Virus record (IMG/VR): IMGVR_UViG_3300028666_000002
Length of the DNA: 64,000 nt
Direction: 5' to 3' (one strand)
Source: a virus
A model generated the notes under the pieces. It did no database searches and was not told the origin of the DNA. It worked only from the letters and a program-made list of their open reading frames with translations. Within the stretch, counting starts at the first letter, position 1, and each line of letters opens with the position of its first letter. The translations under genes were made by a program, and so were the position numbers. Of the stretch, positions 9,032 through 19,593 are shown piece after piece.

Positions 9032-11941
9032 ATGGCTGTTCAAAGGCGCCTGAATGTAATTAGTGCTCAAAGAGTAGATTGCCCAGACTTGCGTTCTATT
9101 GAATCGGCCTCAAGTAACGATTTTGATCAATTAATTCAATCATTTGTCACCGGAACCCAACAGGGATATGTCGTTAGGGGCTTCAATATCATCATGACAA
9201 ATGCCATTGGAGGTCCTGCTAACGGCCTTTTGATGCAAGTTGACCCCGGCGCCGTGTTGCATATCGCCGCAAGCCAATCAGGCACCGTCCTGATGGTTCC
9301 AGCGGGCACCCCTAATCAGATACTCAATTTTACTACCAATAGCACCAATGTTGTCGGATCTTTCACTGCAGGGGCTTTAAACTACGTTACAATCGATTAT
9401 ACGCGTTATTTAGACCAAACTACTTCTGCGCAAGTCTATCTCTGGAACCCTACTTCTAATACAGAAACCGTCATAAATGCTCCTCGTGCCGAAATTTTGA
9501 CCTATACTATCAACATCTCTACGGCTACACCAACCCCAAATCTATTACCAATAGCAGCGGTATTGACAGATTCTGGTAATAATGTTCTAAGTGTTGAAGA
9601 TATCAGATGGATGCTTTGTGGATTGGGAACTGGCGGATTAACCCCTGATCCCACCTATACCTATCCGTGGACACAAGGTAGAACCCCAGGACCGACTACA
9701 GCTTCGGCGCTTGGCGTAGACCCCTTTAGTGGTGGCGACAAAAGTATTGGCTCTTTAAAAGAACTTCTCAATGCTATCATGAGTGAAATTAAACTCATGA
9801 AGGGCACGCCATACTGGAGTTCCTATGTCAGTGGCTCTGGTTCATTAATTCATTTGAGAGAAGATCTTGGTAATACTGTTATCACCGGCAGTGGAAATAT
9901 TTCTCATGGTATCTTGCCAAATGCCATTCCGCTTCTAACTACGACTGGCAATACGATTTACGCCAATAATCAACTCACTAATGTTCCCTCTGTAGTGGGA
10001 CTATCAAACGGCGATTATATAATCGGATTTGGTATAGCACCCCTGTCAACGATTGCTAGCATCGCAGGTTCTGGTCCGTACACTATAACGATGTCGGAAA
10101 ACGCTACCGCTACCGCTACCGGCTCTACGGTTTCTTTTTATTCACCAAGCGTAGTCACTTCTCCTGGACAGATCAACTGGAGCGAACCGATCAACTTACG
10201 TGTTATAGGTTCCTCGCTCGATTATGTAATTGCCGCCAATCCCACTTCAGCTGATGTTATTTTGGCCAATGATCAAGTGGCTTATATAACTTTAACAAGA
10301 GATGTTCCGGTAACGCCTAATTTGGTGTTTACCAATGCTTCGATGACAGTCACGTCAGTTGGCTCTGTTCCTTGGACCACATCTTTGCTGGCAGGCGACT
10401 TTATCAGACTTGCCTCTGATACTGATGCTCATTATTATGAAATTGGAACTATCAATAATTCTTACACCATTACGCTGACTGGTAATTTCACAGAAGCTTC
10501 TACCGGCCCCTCCGGTGTTCAAGCAGTGTATGCTTTTGGAAACTATTATGCTGCCGCACTGCCGTCCGTAGACCCGCGTGTGGTTCAGGTTTCTTCTAGA
10601 GAATCCGTCCCTTCTAGCGGAGACGTTTTTTGGTTATTCATTAGAGAGGACGACGGTCTTCCGCAGGCAAAAGTTTATATACGAGTGCTGGGATCGGAAT
10701 TAGCGTATGGAGAAAATGTTGATGTTGGTGATGGAATCTCCAATGAGTTACTCCAATATATCGGATCTCCATCTTTAAGCGCAGCATATCCGCAGTATGT
10801 CAATGCTTTAAATCCTGGTTCTGTTTCACAAATCACCCAAATCACAACTGGTCCTGGCTCTGGAATGACAGCTAGTCAGTATTTCCTTATTGATTCTTCT
10901 GCAGATGCCAGAACATACGAAATATATTGTGTGGTAAATGGCGTTGGAGTTCAAACTACTTTAGGAAATGTAAACGAATATATTGCGTGGTCAGTACTTT
11001 CCACAGATACTGCGGCTCAAACTGCAACAAAACTTGCACTTGCCTTGGAAACTACTGGAAATAGAGATTTTACAGCTACAGCTGCTAGCAATATAACTAC
11101 TGTTACCAACAATTCTGCTGGTGCAACTACTGCACCAAACAACAGTACGATGTCTCCTGCGTTAACATTCAATATAACGCAAACTGGTACTGGATTGGGA
11201 AACTTCAATATTCAAGACGGCGACAGTCTTACGCTAGCTATCAAAGAATTGGACAAGGCTATTGGCAATATTAACTTTTTTGTCAACTACAACTATGAAG
11301 AGCAAGTTACCGTTGTGTCTTCTGGAGCAACTCCACCTACTTCCATTACGGGACCGATATCTCCTGGTACCGATATTACTTTGCCAAACAATACCAGAAA
11401 TGGCGATGTAGCCCAGTATTATACGGTTAATTCAGCCAAATTAGAAGTATTCCTTAATGGTCAACTATTATTTATAAACGATGATTACGTGGAAGTTGGC
11501 GTAGCATATTCTACTAGTAATCAGATACAAACCCTGATTCCGTTAGTAGTCGGCGATGTTTTAGAATTTTGCATAGGCGCCACTGACGCTTCGGGTTCTC
11601 CCGGCCCCGTTGGCCCTCCGGGACCTGCCGGTCCTGCTGGTCCTCCAGGTCCAGGAAGTCCAGTAAATATCTCTACTAAAACTGCCAATTATACAGTTTT
11701 AACAACCGACAATGCTTTGTTGGCAAATTGTGCTAGCAATCCTATTACTTTCACGTTGCCACCGGCAGCATCTGCTGTAGGGTATGTATTTTATTTCAAA
11801 AAGATAGATTCTACGGCCAATGCAATGATCATTCAAGCCTTTGGTGCAGAATTGATTGATGGGTTGGGTTCTCAGACGAGAAATATTCAATGGGAATCGA
11901 TTACTTTGTTAACAGACGGAACATCATGGTACATATTTTAA
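9032..11941 (+). CDS. Tail/baseplate-associated fibre protein with collagen-like segment
   Basis: 969 aa beta-rich protein; (Gly-X-Y)7 run near the C-terminus followed by KTANYT..TD..LL.N.....ITFTLP.A....G..FYFKK.D domain. Confidence 0.65.
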   Translation: MAVQRRLNVISAQRVDCPDLRSIESASSNDFDQLIQSFVTGTQQGYVVRGFNIIMTNAIGGPANGLLMQVDPGAVLHIAASQSGTVLMVPAGTPNQILNFTTNSTNVVGSFTAGALNYVTIDYTRYLDQTTSAQVYLWNPTSNTETVINAPRAEILTYTINISTATPTPNLLPIAAVLTDSGNNVLSVEDIRWMLCGLGTGGLTPDPTYTYPWTQGRTPGPTTASALGVDPFSGGDKSIGSLKELLNAIMSEIKLMKGTPYWSSYVSGSGSLIHLREDLGNTVITGSGNISHGILPNAIPLLTTTGNTIYANNQLTNVPSVVGLSNGDYIIGFGIAPLSTIASIAGSGPYTITMSENATATATGSTVSFYSPSVVTSPGQINWSEPINLRVIGSSLDYVIAANPTSADVILANDQVAYITLTRDVPVTPNLVFTNASMTVTSVGSVPWTTSLLAGDFIRLASDTDAHYYEIGTINNSYTITLTGNFTEASTGPSGVQAVYAFGNYYAAALPSVDPRVVQVSSRESVPSSGDVFWLFIREDDGLPQAKVYIRVLGSELAYGENVDVGDGISNELLQYIGSPSLSAAYPQYVNALNPGSVSQITQITTGPGSGMTASQYFLIDSSADARTYEIYCVVNGVGVQTTLGNVNEYIAWSVLSTDTAAQTATKLALALETTGNRDFTATAASNITTVTNNSAGATTAPNNSTMSPALTFNITQTGTGLGNFNIQDGDSLTLAIKELDKAIGNINFFVNYNYEEQVTVVSSGATPPTSITGPISPGTDITLPNNTRNGDVAQYYTVNSAKLEVFLNGQLLFINDDYVEVGVAYSTSNQIQTLIPLVVGDVLEFCIGATDASGSPGPVGPPGPAGPAGPPGPGSPVNISTKTANYTVLTTDNALLANCASNPITFTLPPAASAVGYVFYFKKIDSTANAMIIQAFGAELIDGLGSQTRNIQWESITLLTDGTSWYIF
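11594..11656 (+). repeat. Collagen-like Gly-Pro-X repeat
   Basis: GSP GPV GPP GPA GPA GPP GPG. Confidence 0.85.
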
Positions 11942-11950
11942 AGGTTAATT

Positions 11951-14437
11951 ATGTCGTATAATCCAAATTCAGCCATATTTGTAAATGATGTTTTGTCAGT
12001 TGTCGCCGCTACGGGCAATCAAAATACCTCATTGGCAATTTCTTCAGATTTTGAACGAATACTGTTGAACGGAGCTACGGATGATGGTGTTTCTGCACTG
12101 CAAGTAAACGGCAACTTAGCATTCCAAGGCACCGGGCTGATTGGCACCGCTCCTTCTACGGATAATACGTCAATATCTCAAGCTAATTTAGTTTTCTACG
12201 ATACTTATGGTGTTGGGGGCATTGTTGATGGCACCTACTTTGCTATAACCTTTCATTCTGGTGTTCAGGGTGGAGCTAATGCTGGATTAACCTATACTGC
12301 AATTTATTATTTAGCAGATCAAGTATTGCATCTAACGACGCCCACAACCTATCCGGTTGCTGCTGGCGATCAATATTCTGTGACGGGAACCGGGTATTCC
12401 GGAAGCAACGGAAAGGTTGGAAGAGATGAAACTAATCATTACTATAACTTCTTCTATGTTGCAAGCATTCCTGCGGGATTGGTAAATGGTGAGAGTGTTT
12501 CATACACTATCACTAGTGGTCCCAATACTGGAGATAGTGCTATTGGCACTTTCTACATTTTACCCGGCCCTGTTTATGAAATAGGTGGCCCAGTAACTAC
12601 TGGGCAGTTTTCCACTCTAATGAGTAATGGGGACACCTTCACTATTACTGGTGGAGTTTCCGCCACTAGCATGGATATTGTTAACCGATTGCTTTATGCA
12701 AGTGATGGTATTACGACAGCGCTTAATTGGAGTACTCCAGGAACTATTTTAATAAACAACTTACAGGTCACTGGGAACGCATCCCTTCTTGGTCGAACCC
12801 TCTTAGGAGGAGCAACAGACGATGGATCAAGCGTCTTACAGTTAAATGGAAATTTAGTATTTCAATCGGGTCTTATCGTTACAGGTGGAGGCGTAGCAAA
12901 CACTTCAATTAACTATACGGGCCAGATTGTAATGTGTCAATCTCTAACAGGTTTGGGATCTAGAACTATCACATTTACAAGCGGCGCCAATAATGGATTT
13001 TCTAGTACAGCAACTGGCTATAGTTGTTCTTTGCCAACATGTATTGTGTATTATTTAGATAATCAACCTCCTTTTGTACCTGCAATTAACGATACATATA
13101 CTAGAAGTGGCGACTTAACGACTTACATTGTTGGTCAAGATACGGGTGGAAATTGGTATTACCCATATATTTTAGGCGCGCAGCCACCTGGATGGACTGA
13201 CGGCACTTCGGAAAATGCTACATTTACCAACGGCAGTGAAGTTGGAATTTCCTTTAATATAAATTTTGATGTTTTAACTTCAGGAATCTATGCCGGTATG
13301 ATTCAGGTGCCACACGGTACTTCACCTAATCCCGCCGGAACATCTACAGAATTTAATGGCGGCGGCGGAACAGAGTCTATAGATACGATAAATCGTTTAT
13401 TAATAGCTAATAATGGTGCCACAACCAATTTAGATTGGTCAAATCCAGGAAGAGTTCTAATCGCCGGTGCCACAGATGATGGTAGTTCCGCTTTGCAGGT
13501 TAACGGAAACTTATCACTGCAGGGATCTGGTTTTGTTATAGACAATACTAATGATTTTAATAGTATAGATCCCACAAATCGCTTACTAATTGCCAATGAC
13601 GGCTCTACAACCAACTTAGATTGGGCAAATCCCGGAAGAGTCTTGATTAATGGCGCCACAGATGATAGCGTTTCTGCACTGCAGGTAAACGGTGCAATTA
13701 ACGTTGGAAATGGAAATCAATTTATCAATGCTGACGGTAGCATTGGTATAGGAGCGGTAAATTCTAATCCCGCCTCTTCAAACAATTTGGTTATCGGAAA
13801 CGGTAGTACTTTAGGTTCTACTTCCTCAAATACAGTAATTGTTGGTCCCAATATAATCCTATCGCCGGGCAATAATAATATGACGGTCATCGGATCGAAT
13901 ATTACGACGAACGATGATAATTCAGTTCTCATCGGCCATGCACTTACTGGAGGTTATGAAGCTGTCAACATAGGAGTCTTTAACAATGCTAATTCAGATA
14001 GCGTTGCTGTTGGTTCTGGATTAAATGTTGGATATTTAGGTATCGGAATCGGAACTGCAAACATTGTTTCTCAGCAAAGTATCGGAATTGGTAACGAAAT
14101 TACGATTGGTAATCAGTATTCTTGCGTAATGGGAATAGGTATTTATCCGACCATTCTCACCGATGTTAATGCGCCAGGAGGTTGGACGTTTGGTGGAGTA
14201 AATTCTACCCTGTTGACTGGTGAAAACTGGCTAATGATAAATCCAGGAACTGCCGCAAATACGCCTAGGGTTATAATCGGAAGTACCGTAACTGATGATA
14301 ACTCTTCAGCATTACAAGTTTATGGCGGCATTCGCCTTGCAGACTATACTACAATTTCTACGCCTGTTGAGGGACAGTTGGCGTATAATTATACTACCCA
14401 TGTAACCACTTACTACAACGGAACGGCGTGGGTATAA
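11951..14437 (+). CDS. Tail fibre / receptor-binding protein with repeated GATDD.SALQVNG modules
   Basis: Five copies of R.LI.GATDD.SALQ.NG; short ..IG.. beta-roll repeats; C-terminal P.EGQL.YN.......YYNGTAW motif. Confidence 0.75.
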   Translation: MSYNPNSAIFVNDVLSVVAATGNQNTSLAISSDFERILLNGATDDGVSALQVNGNLAFQGTGLIGTAPSTDNTSISQANLVFYDTYGVGGIVDGTYFAITFHSGVQGGANAGLTYTAIYYLADQVLHLTTPTTYPVAAGDQYSVTGTGYSGSNGKVGRDETNHYYNFFYVASIPAGLVNGESVSYTITSGPNTGDSAIGTFYILPGPVYEIGGPVTTGQFSTLMSNGDTFTITGGVSATSMDIVNRLLYASDGITTALNWSTPGTILINNLQVTGNASLLGRTLLGGATDDGSSVLQLNGNLVFQSGLIVTGGGVANTSINYTGQIVMCQSLTGLGSRTITFTSGANNGFSSTATGYSCSLPTCIVYYLDNQPPFVPAINDTYTRSGDLTTYIVGQDTGGNWYYPYILGAQPPGWTDGTSENATFTNGSEVGISFNINFDVLTSGIYAGMIQVPHGTSPNPAGTSTEFNGGGGTESIDTINRLLIANNGATTNLDWSNPGRVLIAGATDDGSSALQVNGNLSLQGSGFVIDNTNDFNSIDPTNRLLIANDGSTTNLDWANPGRVLINGATDDSVSALQVNGAINVGNGNQFINADGSIGIGAVNSNPASSNNLVIGNGSTLGSTSSNTVIVGPNIILSPGNNNMTVIGSNITTNDDNSVLIGHALTGGYEAVNIGVFNNANSDSVAVGSGLNVGYLGIGIGTANIVSQQSIGIGNEITIGNQYSCVMGIGIYPTILTDVNAPGGWTFGGVNSTLLTGENWLMINPGTAANTPRVIIGSTVTDDNSSALQVYGGIRLADYTTISTPVEGQLAYNYTTHVTTYYNGTAWV

Positions 14438-14446
14438 GGAGAAACA

Positions 14447-14713
14447 ATGACGACAAGGACAATGAAACTAGCAGTAGGTACAACAACCCAATGCCGTCCT
14501 ACTTTTTTGGACCAAAACAGTAGGCCGATGTATCCAGTTCCTACGGGCACTACATATACTTCTAGTACTCCTACTATAGCAACGATAGATACTAATGGTA
14601 GGCTGACAGCGGTTGCTGCGGGGACAACTGTTATCACGGCAACTAATGGTAGTCTAACCGCTACATTGAATGTAACGGTATATACTCCGGCGCTCACAGC
14701 AATGACTATGTAA
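14447..14713 (+). CDS. Ig-like (Big_2) domain protein
   Basis: LAVG.T.Q...TYTSS.P.IATID.NG.LTAVAAGTTVITAT..SLTATLNVTV; AGGAG RBS. Confidence 0.85.
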   Translation: MTTRTMKLAVGTTTQCRPTFLDQNSRPMYPVPTGTTYTSSTPTIATIDTNGRLTAVAAGTTVITATNGSLTATLNVTVYTPALTAMTM

Positions 14714-14719
14714 CTAATA

Positions 14720-14728
14720 TGATATAAT
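14720..14728 (+). promoter_or_regulatory. Extended -10 type promoter motif TGATATAAT
   Basis: Upstream of the AGGAG RBS and the ATG at 14747. Confidence 0.55.
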
Positions 14729-14746
14729 ACATCATAGGAGAAACAT

Positions 14747-14917
14747 ATGAAATACACTATTACAAAAGATCAATTAGTTAAAGTTTTACAATTTCTTTCG
14801 GGAAAGCCATGGCAGGAAGTTCATCCTCTAATACAGGAATTGTCTAACTTGCCACTGTATAAAGAAGCTAAACCTACAGAGGCTCCATCGGAAGAAACTA
14901 AGCCTACGGAAAAATAA
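14747..14917 (+). CDS. Small protein (56 aa, not in ORF track), possible tail-fibre chaperone
   Basis: Translated by hand: MKYTITKDQLVKVLQFLSGKPWQEVHPLIQELSNL...; AGGAG RBS; stop 1 nt before the next ATG. Confidence 0.65.
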   Translation: MKYTITKDQLVKVLQFLSGKPWQEVHPLIQELSNLPLYKEAKPTEAPSEETKPTEK

Positions 14918-14918
14918 T

Positions 14919-16697
14919 ATGGCCAATTTCTTGGATATCAGACAGTCAATATACAGACCAACGCCTGCAATGATAGGTACTGGTGTGGGCGGCGCAGCCG
15001 TTGACACCTTATTGGGTAGTATTGACTCTGAAATCCAAAAACTTTTCGAGGATCGCAACGCTATCATGACAGATGGCGGTGTCATTAGTTTAAGCACCAA
15101 TGGACAAACACTGAGTTTTACCGAAGATGTTAATTTGGTATTAAATTCAACGGCTGCTGGCGGCAATGCTATATCTCTTAATCTGGGATCTGGAAACGTA
15201 GCTTCATTGCTCACCGGATATCTATGGTATGCTGTAGTTAATAGAACTGCACCCTCGGTAACAACCAATATCGCTTCTGGTACTATTGGGTTGCCAGCCA
15301 CTACTTATGCCAATCAAGAAGTGTTCCTTTTGGCTGTTAGATTGGATTCTGCAGATGGTACTAAAACCGTATATTTGCGTGGCGGAACTACTATCGTTGC
15401 AGGCCAATCAGTTAGACTCGGCAGTTCTTCTGGACTTGACAATTTCTTTTCTATTGGTAATGCTTCCGATCCCACTAAACAGATTAAGTTTAGTACTGGA
15501 AGTGCTGTAACTGGTACCACCTTAACATTAGCTTCTCAGGCCCTTGTTAATCAAACATTTTTCTTTCCTCAAACCAGTGGCACGGATTATTTAGTATCAA
15601 ATACATCTACTTCCCTATTAACCAATAAAACGTTAGGATTTTTGCAAACTAGTAGCTTGACAGACCCCACTGTTTATGGTGCTGATGCTACATTACAGGC
15701 TGCCGATATAACTGTTGGGTTTGTTTCTCTCACTGGGGTTACTGGAACTACCAGCATAGCAGCTATTCCGGCTGGGGCTGCTGGCCAAGTTCTTACGGTT
15801 GAAAACCAAACCGCCAACACCATAACTGTTATAAACAATTACGGTGGTGCAAATAAGCCTATTTATACTGGTACCGGCGGTACCGTAACGATGACCCCTT
15901 ATTCTTCCCTCACATTTATCTATAATACCGCGCTTTCTGCGTGGTCAATAACTGGAGGAATCACCGGTTCGGTTTATGCCGTAGGCGCATTTGGCAGTAC
16001 ACCAAATGCTAATGGTGCGAGCATTTTAAATGGTGTCTTGACCCTACAGCCAGCTTCGAATACGCAACCCGGCGGTATTTCTACTACTACTCAATCATTT
16101 CTTGGAGATAAAACTTTTTTTGGTACAGTAGAAATAGTGGTAGGTGGCAATGCTAGCATATTTACTGTAAATTCTGTAAATGTAACAGGAATTTCTACTA
16201 ATGCATTACAATTGGGCGGTACCGGCGAAGCAAAAATAGCCACATTGGGTCCCACCACTATGGCTATTCAGAATCCTGGTAGCGGAAGTTATACCACTAT
16301 TGTGGGAGGACCCGTAAACCAGACTCAGCCGCTCGTTACGATTAGGGGTACGATTAATCTTGTTTATACCAATACCGGTGCTACCGATGCGGGAGCAAGC
16401 ACCGTACACGGAACTGGCTTTACTATCCATAGTGGTCTTTTTAATTATACTGCTTTAGGTATAGCTTTCGATGTGCCATTTGCAAGTCAACCTACTATTG
16501 TTTGTACTATACAAGTACTAAGCCCCTCAACGCCTGCATCGCAAAATAACGACCTTTACTATACTAGCAGTGGCACTCTTGGTGGAACAACCGATGCGGC
16601 TTATGGCGGCGTCAATGGTTTTCTCACGGCGGTATTCGGTGCTGGTTCTAATGTGTATGTAATTGACTTTATAGCGATTGGACCAGCTGCATATTAA
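14919..16697 (+). CDS. Tail fibre-like structural protein
   Basis: Thr/Gly/Ser-rich; C-terminal I.FDVPF.S.P.IV.T...IDFIAIG pattern resembling H-type lectin/gp53-like fibre tips. Confidence 0.65.
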   Translation: MANFLDIRQSIYRPTPAMIGTGVGGAAVDTLLGSIDSEIQKLFEDRNAIMTDGGVISLSTNGQTLSFTEDVNLVLNSTAAGGNAISLNLGSGNVASLLTGYLWYAVVNRTAPSVTTNIASGTIGLPATTYANQEVFLLAVRLDSADGTKTVYLRGGTTIVAGQSVRLGSSSGLDNFFSIGNASDPTKQIKFSTGSAVTGTTLTLASQALVNQTFFFPQTSGTDYLVSNTSTSLLTNKTLGFLQTSSLTDPTVYGADATLQAADITVGFVSLTGVTGTTSIAAIPAGAAGQVLTVENQTANTITVINNYGGANKPIYTGTGGTVTMTPYSSLTFIYNTALSAWSITGGITGSVYAVGAFGSTPNANGASILNGVLTLQPASNTQPGGISTTTQSFLGDKTFFGTVEIVVGGNASIFTVNSVNVTGISTNALQLGGTGEAKIATLGPTTMAIQNPGSGSYTTIVGGPVNQTQPLVTIRGTINLVYTNTGATDAGASTVHGTGFTIHSGLFNYTALGIAFDVPFASQPTIVCTIQVLSPSTPASQNNDLYYTSSGTLGGTTDAAYGGVNGFLTAVFGAGSNVYVIDFIAIGPAAY

Positions 16698-17401
16698 CCT
16701 TTAACCCCAGCATGGGTAGCTTCAATGAAGTTACCCGGCATAGCTTCTTGGGTTCTAACCAACTCTATAAGTTTTGCCCTCACATCTTTATCCTGAATAG
16801 TCTCTGCAAAATCATAAAAAGTCTTTAAAACATGAACAAAGACATTGCACAGAGATTCGCCTACCGGCGTTAGTGTTGCCTTACTACCTCTGGCTAGATT
16901 TTTAACTCTAGCTGCTACCTTATAGATATCGTTATTGTTGTTTTGCTTAGCTTCCCATTCATTGATTTCTTCTAAAGTCATATCAGAAACCGACACTTCT
17001 ACTTTTTTAGCGGGAAGTTTTTCCCCAAAATGTCTAGCCAATTCTTCTTCTGTCATAGGAGTTTCCGGACCCATTGATGTATTTAGGGAGTCGAGCATAT
17101 CTATAGGGGTAGATGCATCATTCATAACTTCATATGGGGAAATCACACCATCTTTATGGCCATTTTGTTGATCAAATCGCAAGTTGTCAAAGTCTTTAGC
17201 TCTGATATCCATTTCTTTTAACAACTTATCTGCTTCTTGAACCCATTCTTCGCCATTTCTTCCATCTCGTTGTATGTAGGCTACGGCAATTTTCAGATGC
17301 TCAGATAGAAGCGAAATGAGTTTATCTTGAGCTTGATGATTGCGGACTAAATCGCTAGCCATATTTTCTATGGCTTTACCGTCCAGGGGATATTTGTTCA
17401 T
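16694..17401 (-). CDS. Hypothetical protein
   Basis: 235-aa ORF, start overlaps the upstream stop. Confidence 0.6.
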   Translation of the reverse strand: MNKYPLDGKAIENMASDLVRNHQAQDKLISLLSEHLKIAVAYIQRDGRNGEEWVQEADKLLKEMDIRAKDFDNLRFDQQNGHKDGVISPYEVMNDASTPIDMLDSLNTSMGPETPMTEEELARHFGEKLPAKKVEVSVSDMTLEEINEWEAKQNNNNDIYKVAARVKNLARGSKATLTPVGESLCNVFVHVLKTFYDFAETIQDKDVRAKLIELVRTQEAMPGNFIEATHAGVKG

Positions 17402-18393
17402 TACTCTCTCCCAATTCCTATGGGCGCCTTATCGTCTGCTTTCGGGATCTTAAAAAGAAGTCTGAGCCGCTCTATTTCATCTGCTAAGTCCTTCTTTTCC
17501 CTGTATACTGCATTAACCAAGGCAGTAAGATGGTCGATGGTAAAACCACCACTATTCTCAACAATTTGATCTACATCTCTATGATTCTTAAGAATCGCTT
17601 TGAGATAAGCTTCTCTAGCTTTAGGTCCCGGCAATCCGATTTTTATCACATGGCTAAAACGACCAGGACGATTGTAGATTCTAGGATCAAGGCGCTCTGG
17701 ATAGTTAGTTGTAGCGATAAAGAGTACATTATCAATAGTTTTGGCACTATCAAGCATTTCCAAATATCTATCTTCACCAAAACTGCTAATGAGACTGTCA
17801 AGATCCTCAAGAATGACGATTGACTTTCTATTCTTTTCTATCCTAGCGAAATCGGTCAAAAAACTCTGAATTCTACCGGGATTTCCAGAAGCATAAAAGA
17901 CTATTCCACCGCGCTCAACAAGCTTATTGGACACGATTTTGATCGTACAGCTTTTCCCCGATCCCGGAGGACCGTAAAGCATGATCCCAGCTTTGTAGGC
18001 TGCACCACCAATAACGAAATCGTTACCTTCTTTGTAATCCTTTTCACTATTCCAAAAAATATCGACCAGACGAATTACATCCTCTGATCTCATTTCCGGA
18101 AGCTCTAATAGAAGACCGGCAGGTGGTAAAACAGGTTCCGCCCAAATACATTTGGGATCGGCGAAGATATCATAGCATCCAGCTGGCATCGTTTTAACTG
18201 TGGGTGTAGTAGAAGTATAGCCCCCGCCGTAGAGCGCCCATTGCGTGGGCATAGAAGTATCTACGTTCGCCGACAGCGGGGCATTTTCTGATACTGGGGC
18301 ACTTACATCTTCGGCTTTTGCGAAAGTTTTTTCTACAGGACTTTTAAAATTTTCCGCTATTTCATTGAATTCTTTGATGTCATCGTTAGTCAT
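17401..18393 (-). CDS. AAA+ ATPase
   Basis: Walker A YGPPGSGKS, Walker B ILEDLD, IATTNYPERLDP..RPGRF second region of homology. Confidence 0.9.
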   Translation of the reverse strand: MTNDDIKEFNEIAENFKSPVEKTFAKAEDVSAPVSENAPLSANVDTSMPTQWALYGGGYTSTTPTVKTMPAGCYDIFADPKCIWAEPVLPPAGLLLELPEMRSEDVIRLVDIFWNSEKDYKEGNDFVIGGAAYKAGIMLYGPPGSGKSCTIKIVSNKLVERGGIVFYASGNPGRIQSFLTDFARIEKNRKSIVILEDLDSLISSFGEDRYLEMLDSAKTIDNVLFIATTNYPERLDPRIYNRPGRFSHVIKIGLPGPKAREAYLKAILKNHRDVDQIVENSGGFTIDHLTALVNAVYREKKDLADEIERLRLLFKIPKADDKAPIGIGRE

Positions 18394-18401
18394 GAAGCCT
18401 C

Positions 18402-18992
18402 CTAATTTCTAACATACATTTCAAATAGTGAAAGTTTCTTGCGATTTTGAGCCGTAATACCTAGTGGTAGTAGGAACTTTTCATACTTTTGTACCACTTC
18501 CCATCCTTGTTCTTGAGTAAAATTAGCTTCTTCGCTGGCTTCTACCTCTATAAAACTAGCATATTTACCATCTTCATCCTCTACTGTGTAATATACCAAC
18601 GTGGCATCTTCATAAATGTAAATATCGCACATCTTATAGACAACAAAATTCTTTTTATATCCCAATTCCACACAGAAAGCGTTTACTAAATCAGAATCAT
18701 TCATATCTACCCGCAGATTGACTTCTGTTCTTACGATGTTGTTATTTACAGTATGCTTTTTCTTTAGGGTCAGTTCAGCCCGCTTATCGTTCTCTCTACC
18801 TAGAGTATTGTACATGGGCATCCGATACCTGATGAATTCGGCCTCTCCCTTAGTATAGTAGATATCCGGTGATTCAGCGTAAATGAAATGTTTTGGATTT
18901 AACTTCTTTGCGATGTCCTTGAATTTGATTCGATCAATACTGTCAGCATTGAACTTTACTTCTATTTCTAGGTATTCTTTTTTTTCATTCAT
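18402..18992 (-). CDS. CYTH-domain protein (triphosphate tunnel metalloenzyme / CyaB-like)
   Basis: N-terminal EIEVK (ExExK), D.YY, RYR, LTLK, R.EV, FIEVE. Confidence 0.85.
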   Translation of the reverse strand: MNEKKEYLEIEVKFNADSIDRIKFKDIAKKLNPKHFIYAESPDIYYTKGEAEFIRYRMPMYNTLGRENDKRAELTLKKKHTVNNNIVRTEVNLRVDMNDSDLVNAFCVELGYKKNFVVYKMCDIYIYEDATLVYYTVEDEDGKYASFIEVEASEEANFTQEQGWEVVQKYEKFLLPLGITAQNRKKLSLFEMYVRN

Positions 18993-18993
18993 A

Positions 18994-19593
18994 CTATACT
19001 CCTAAAATCTTATCTGCTAATCCTAATCTAACCGACTCTTGAGCAGTAAGAAAAGTGTCATGGGCTAGTAACTTTTGTAATTCTACCAGAGTGTAATTGG
19101 GATGTTTAGCCTGTATTTTACTTAAATACAACTTTTCCATCCACTTATCTATACGCTTGCTTTCATCTGCGTATTTGTAAGCTATTTTTGCATGATTGTC
19201 GAGATTCAAGGTACCATAGTGAATTAATTGAACGGCATTTGGGGCCATAACACGTTTGCTTGCAGCCTGCAAGATAACAGACCCCATAGAAGCTGCATTG
19301 CCAAAAACCTTGATCGTTACGGTAGCCTTGCAAGCCTTAACGGCATCATATATGGCCAGCCCATGATTAACATCCCCACCAATATTATTCATTACGATAG
19401 TTATTGGATCTTTAGATACGGATTCTAGAATAGTGATATTTTTAAGAAAACTCTCAGCCATTAAACCGTCTGTGCCATTTTCGCCACCATCATCGCTATA
19501 GTGTTCTGAGCCCATATAAATAGTACGAGCTGATGCGTACAGATTATAATCATGAAAACGATCAACCTCTTCCTTTACAAATCTTCTGGACAT
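18994..19593 (-). CDS. clpP: ClpP-like serine protease
   Basis: R.IY.G; I.I.MN..GGDV..GLAIYD; G.AASMGSVIL (catalytic Ser); LIH; DTFLTAQE....GLAD.I. Confidence 0.88.
   Translation of the reverse strand: MSRRFVKEEVDRFHDYNLYASARTIYMGSEHYSDDGGENGTDGLMAESFLKNITILESVSKDPITIVMNNIGGDVNHGLAIYDAVKACKATVTIKVFGNAASMGSVILQAASKRVMAPNAVQLIHYGTLNLDNHAKIAYKYADESKRIDKWMEKLYLSKIQAKHPNYTLVELQKLLAHDTFLTAQESVRLGLADKILGV

Noticed and set aside
11951-16697. Diversity-generating retroelement acting on tail fibres
   Set aside because: No reverse transcriptase and no adenine-specific TR/VR pair seen in this window
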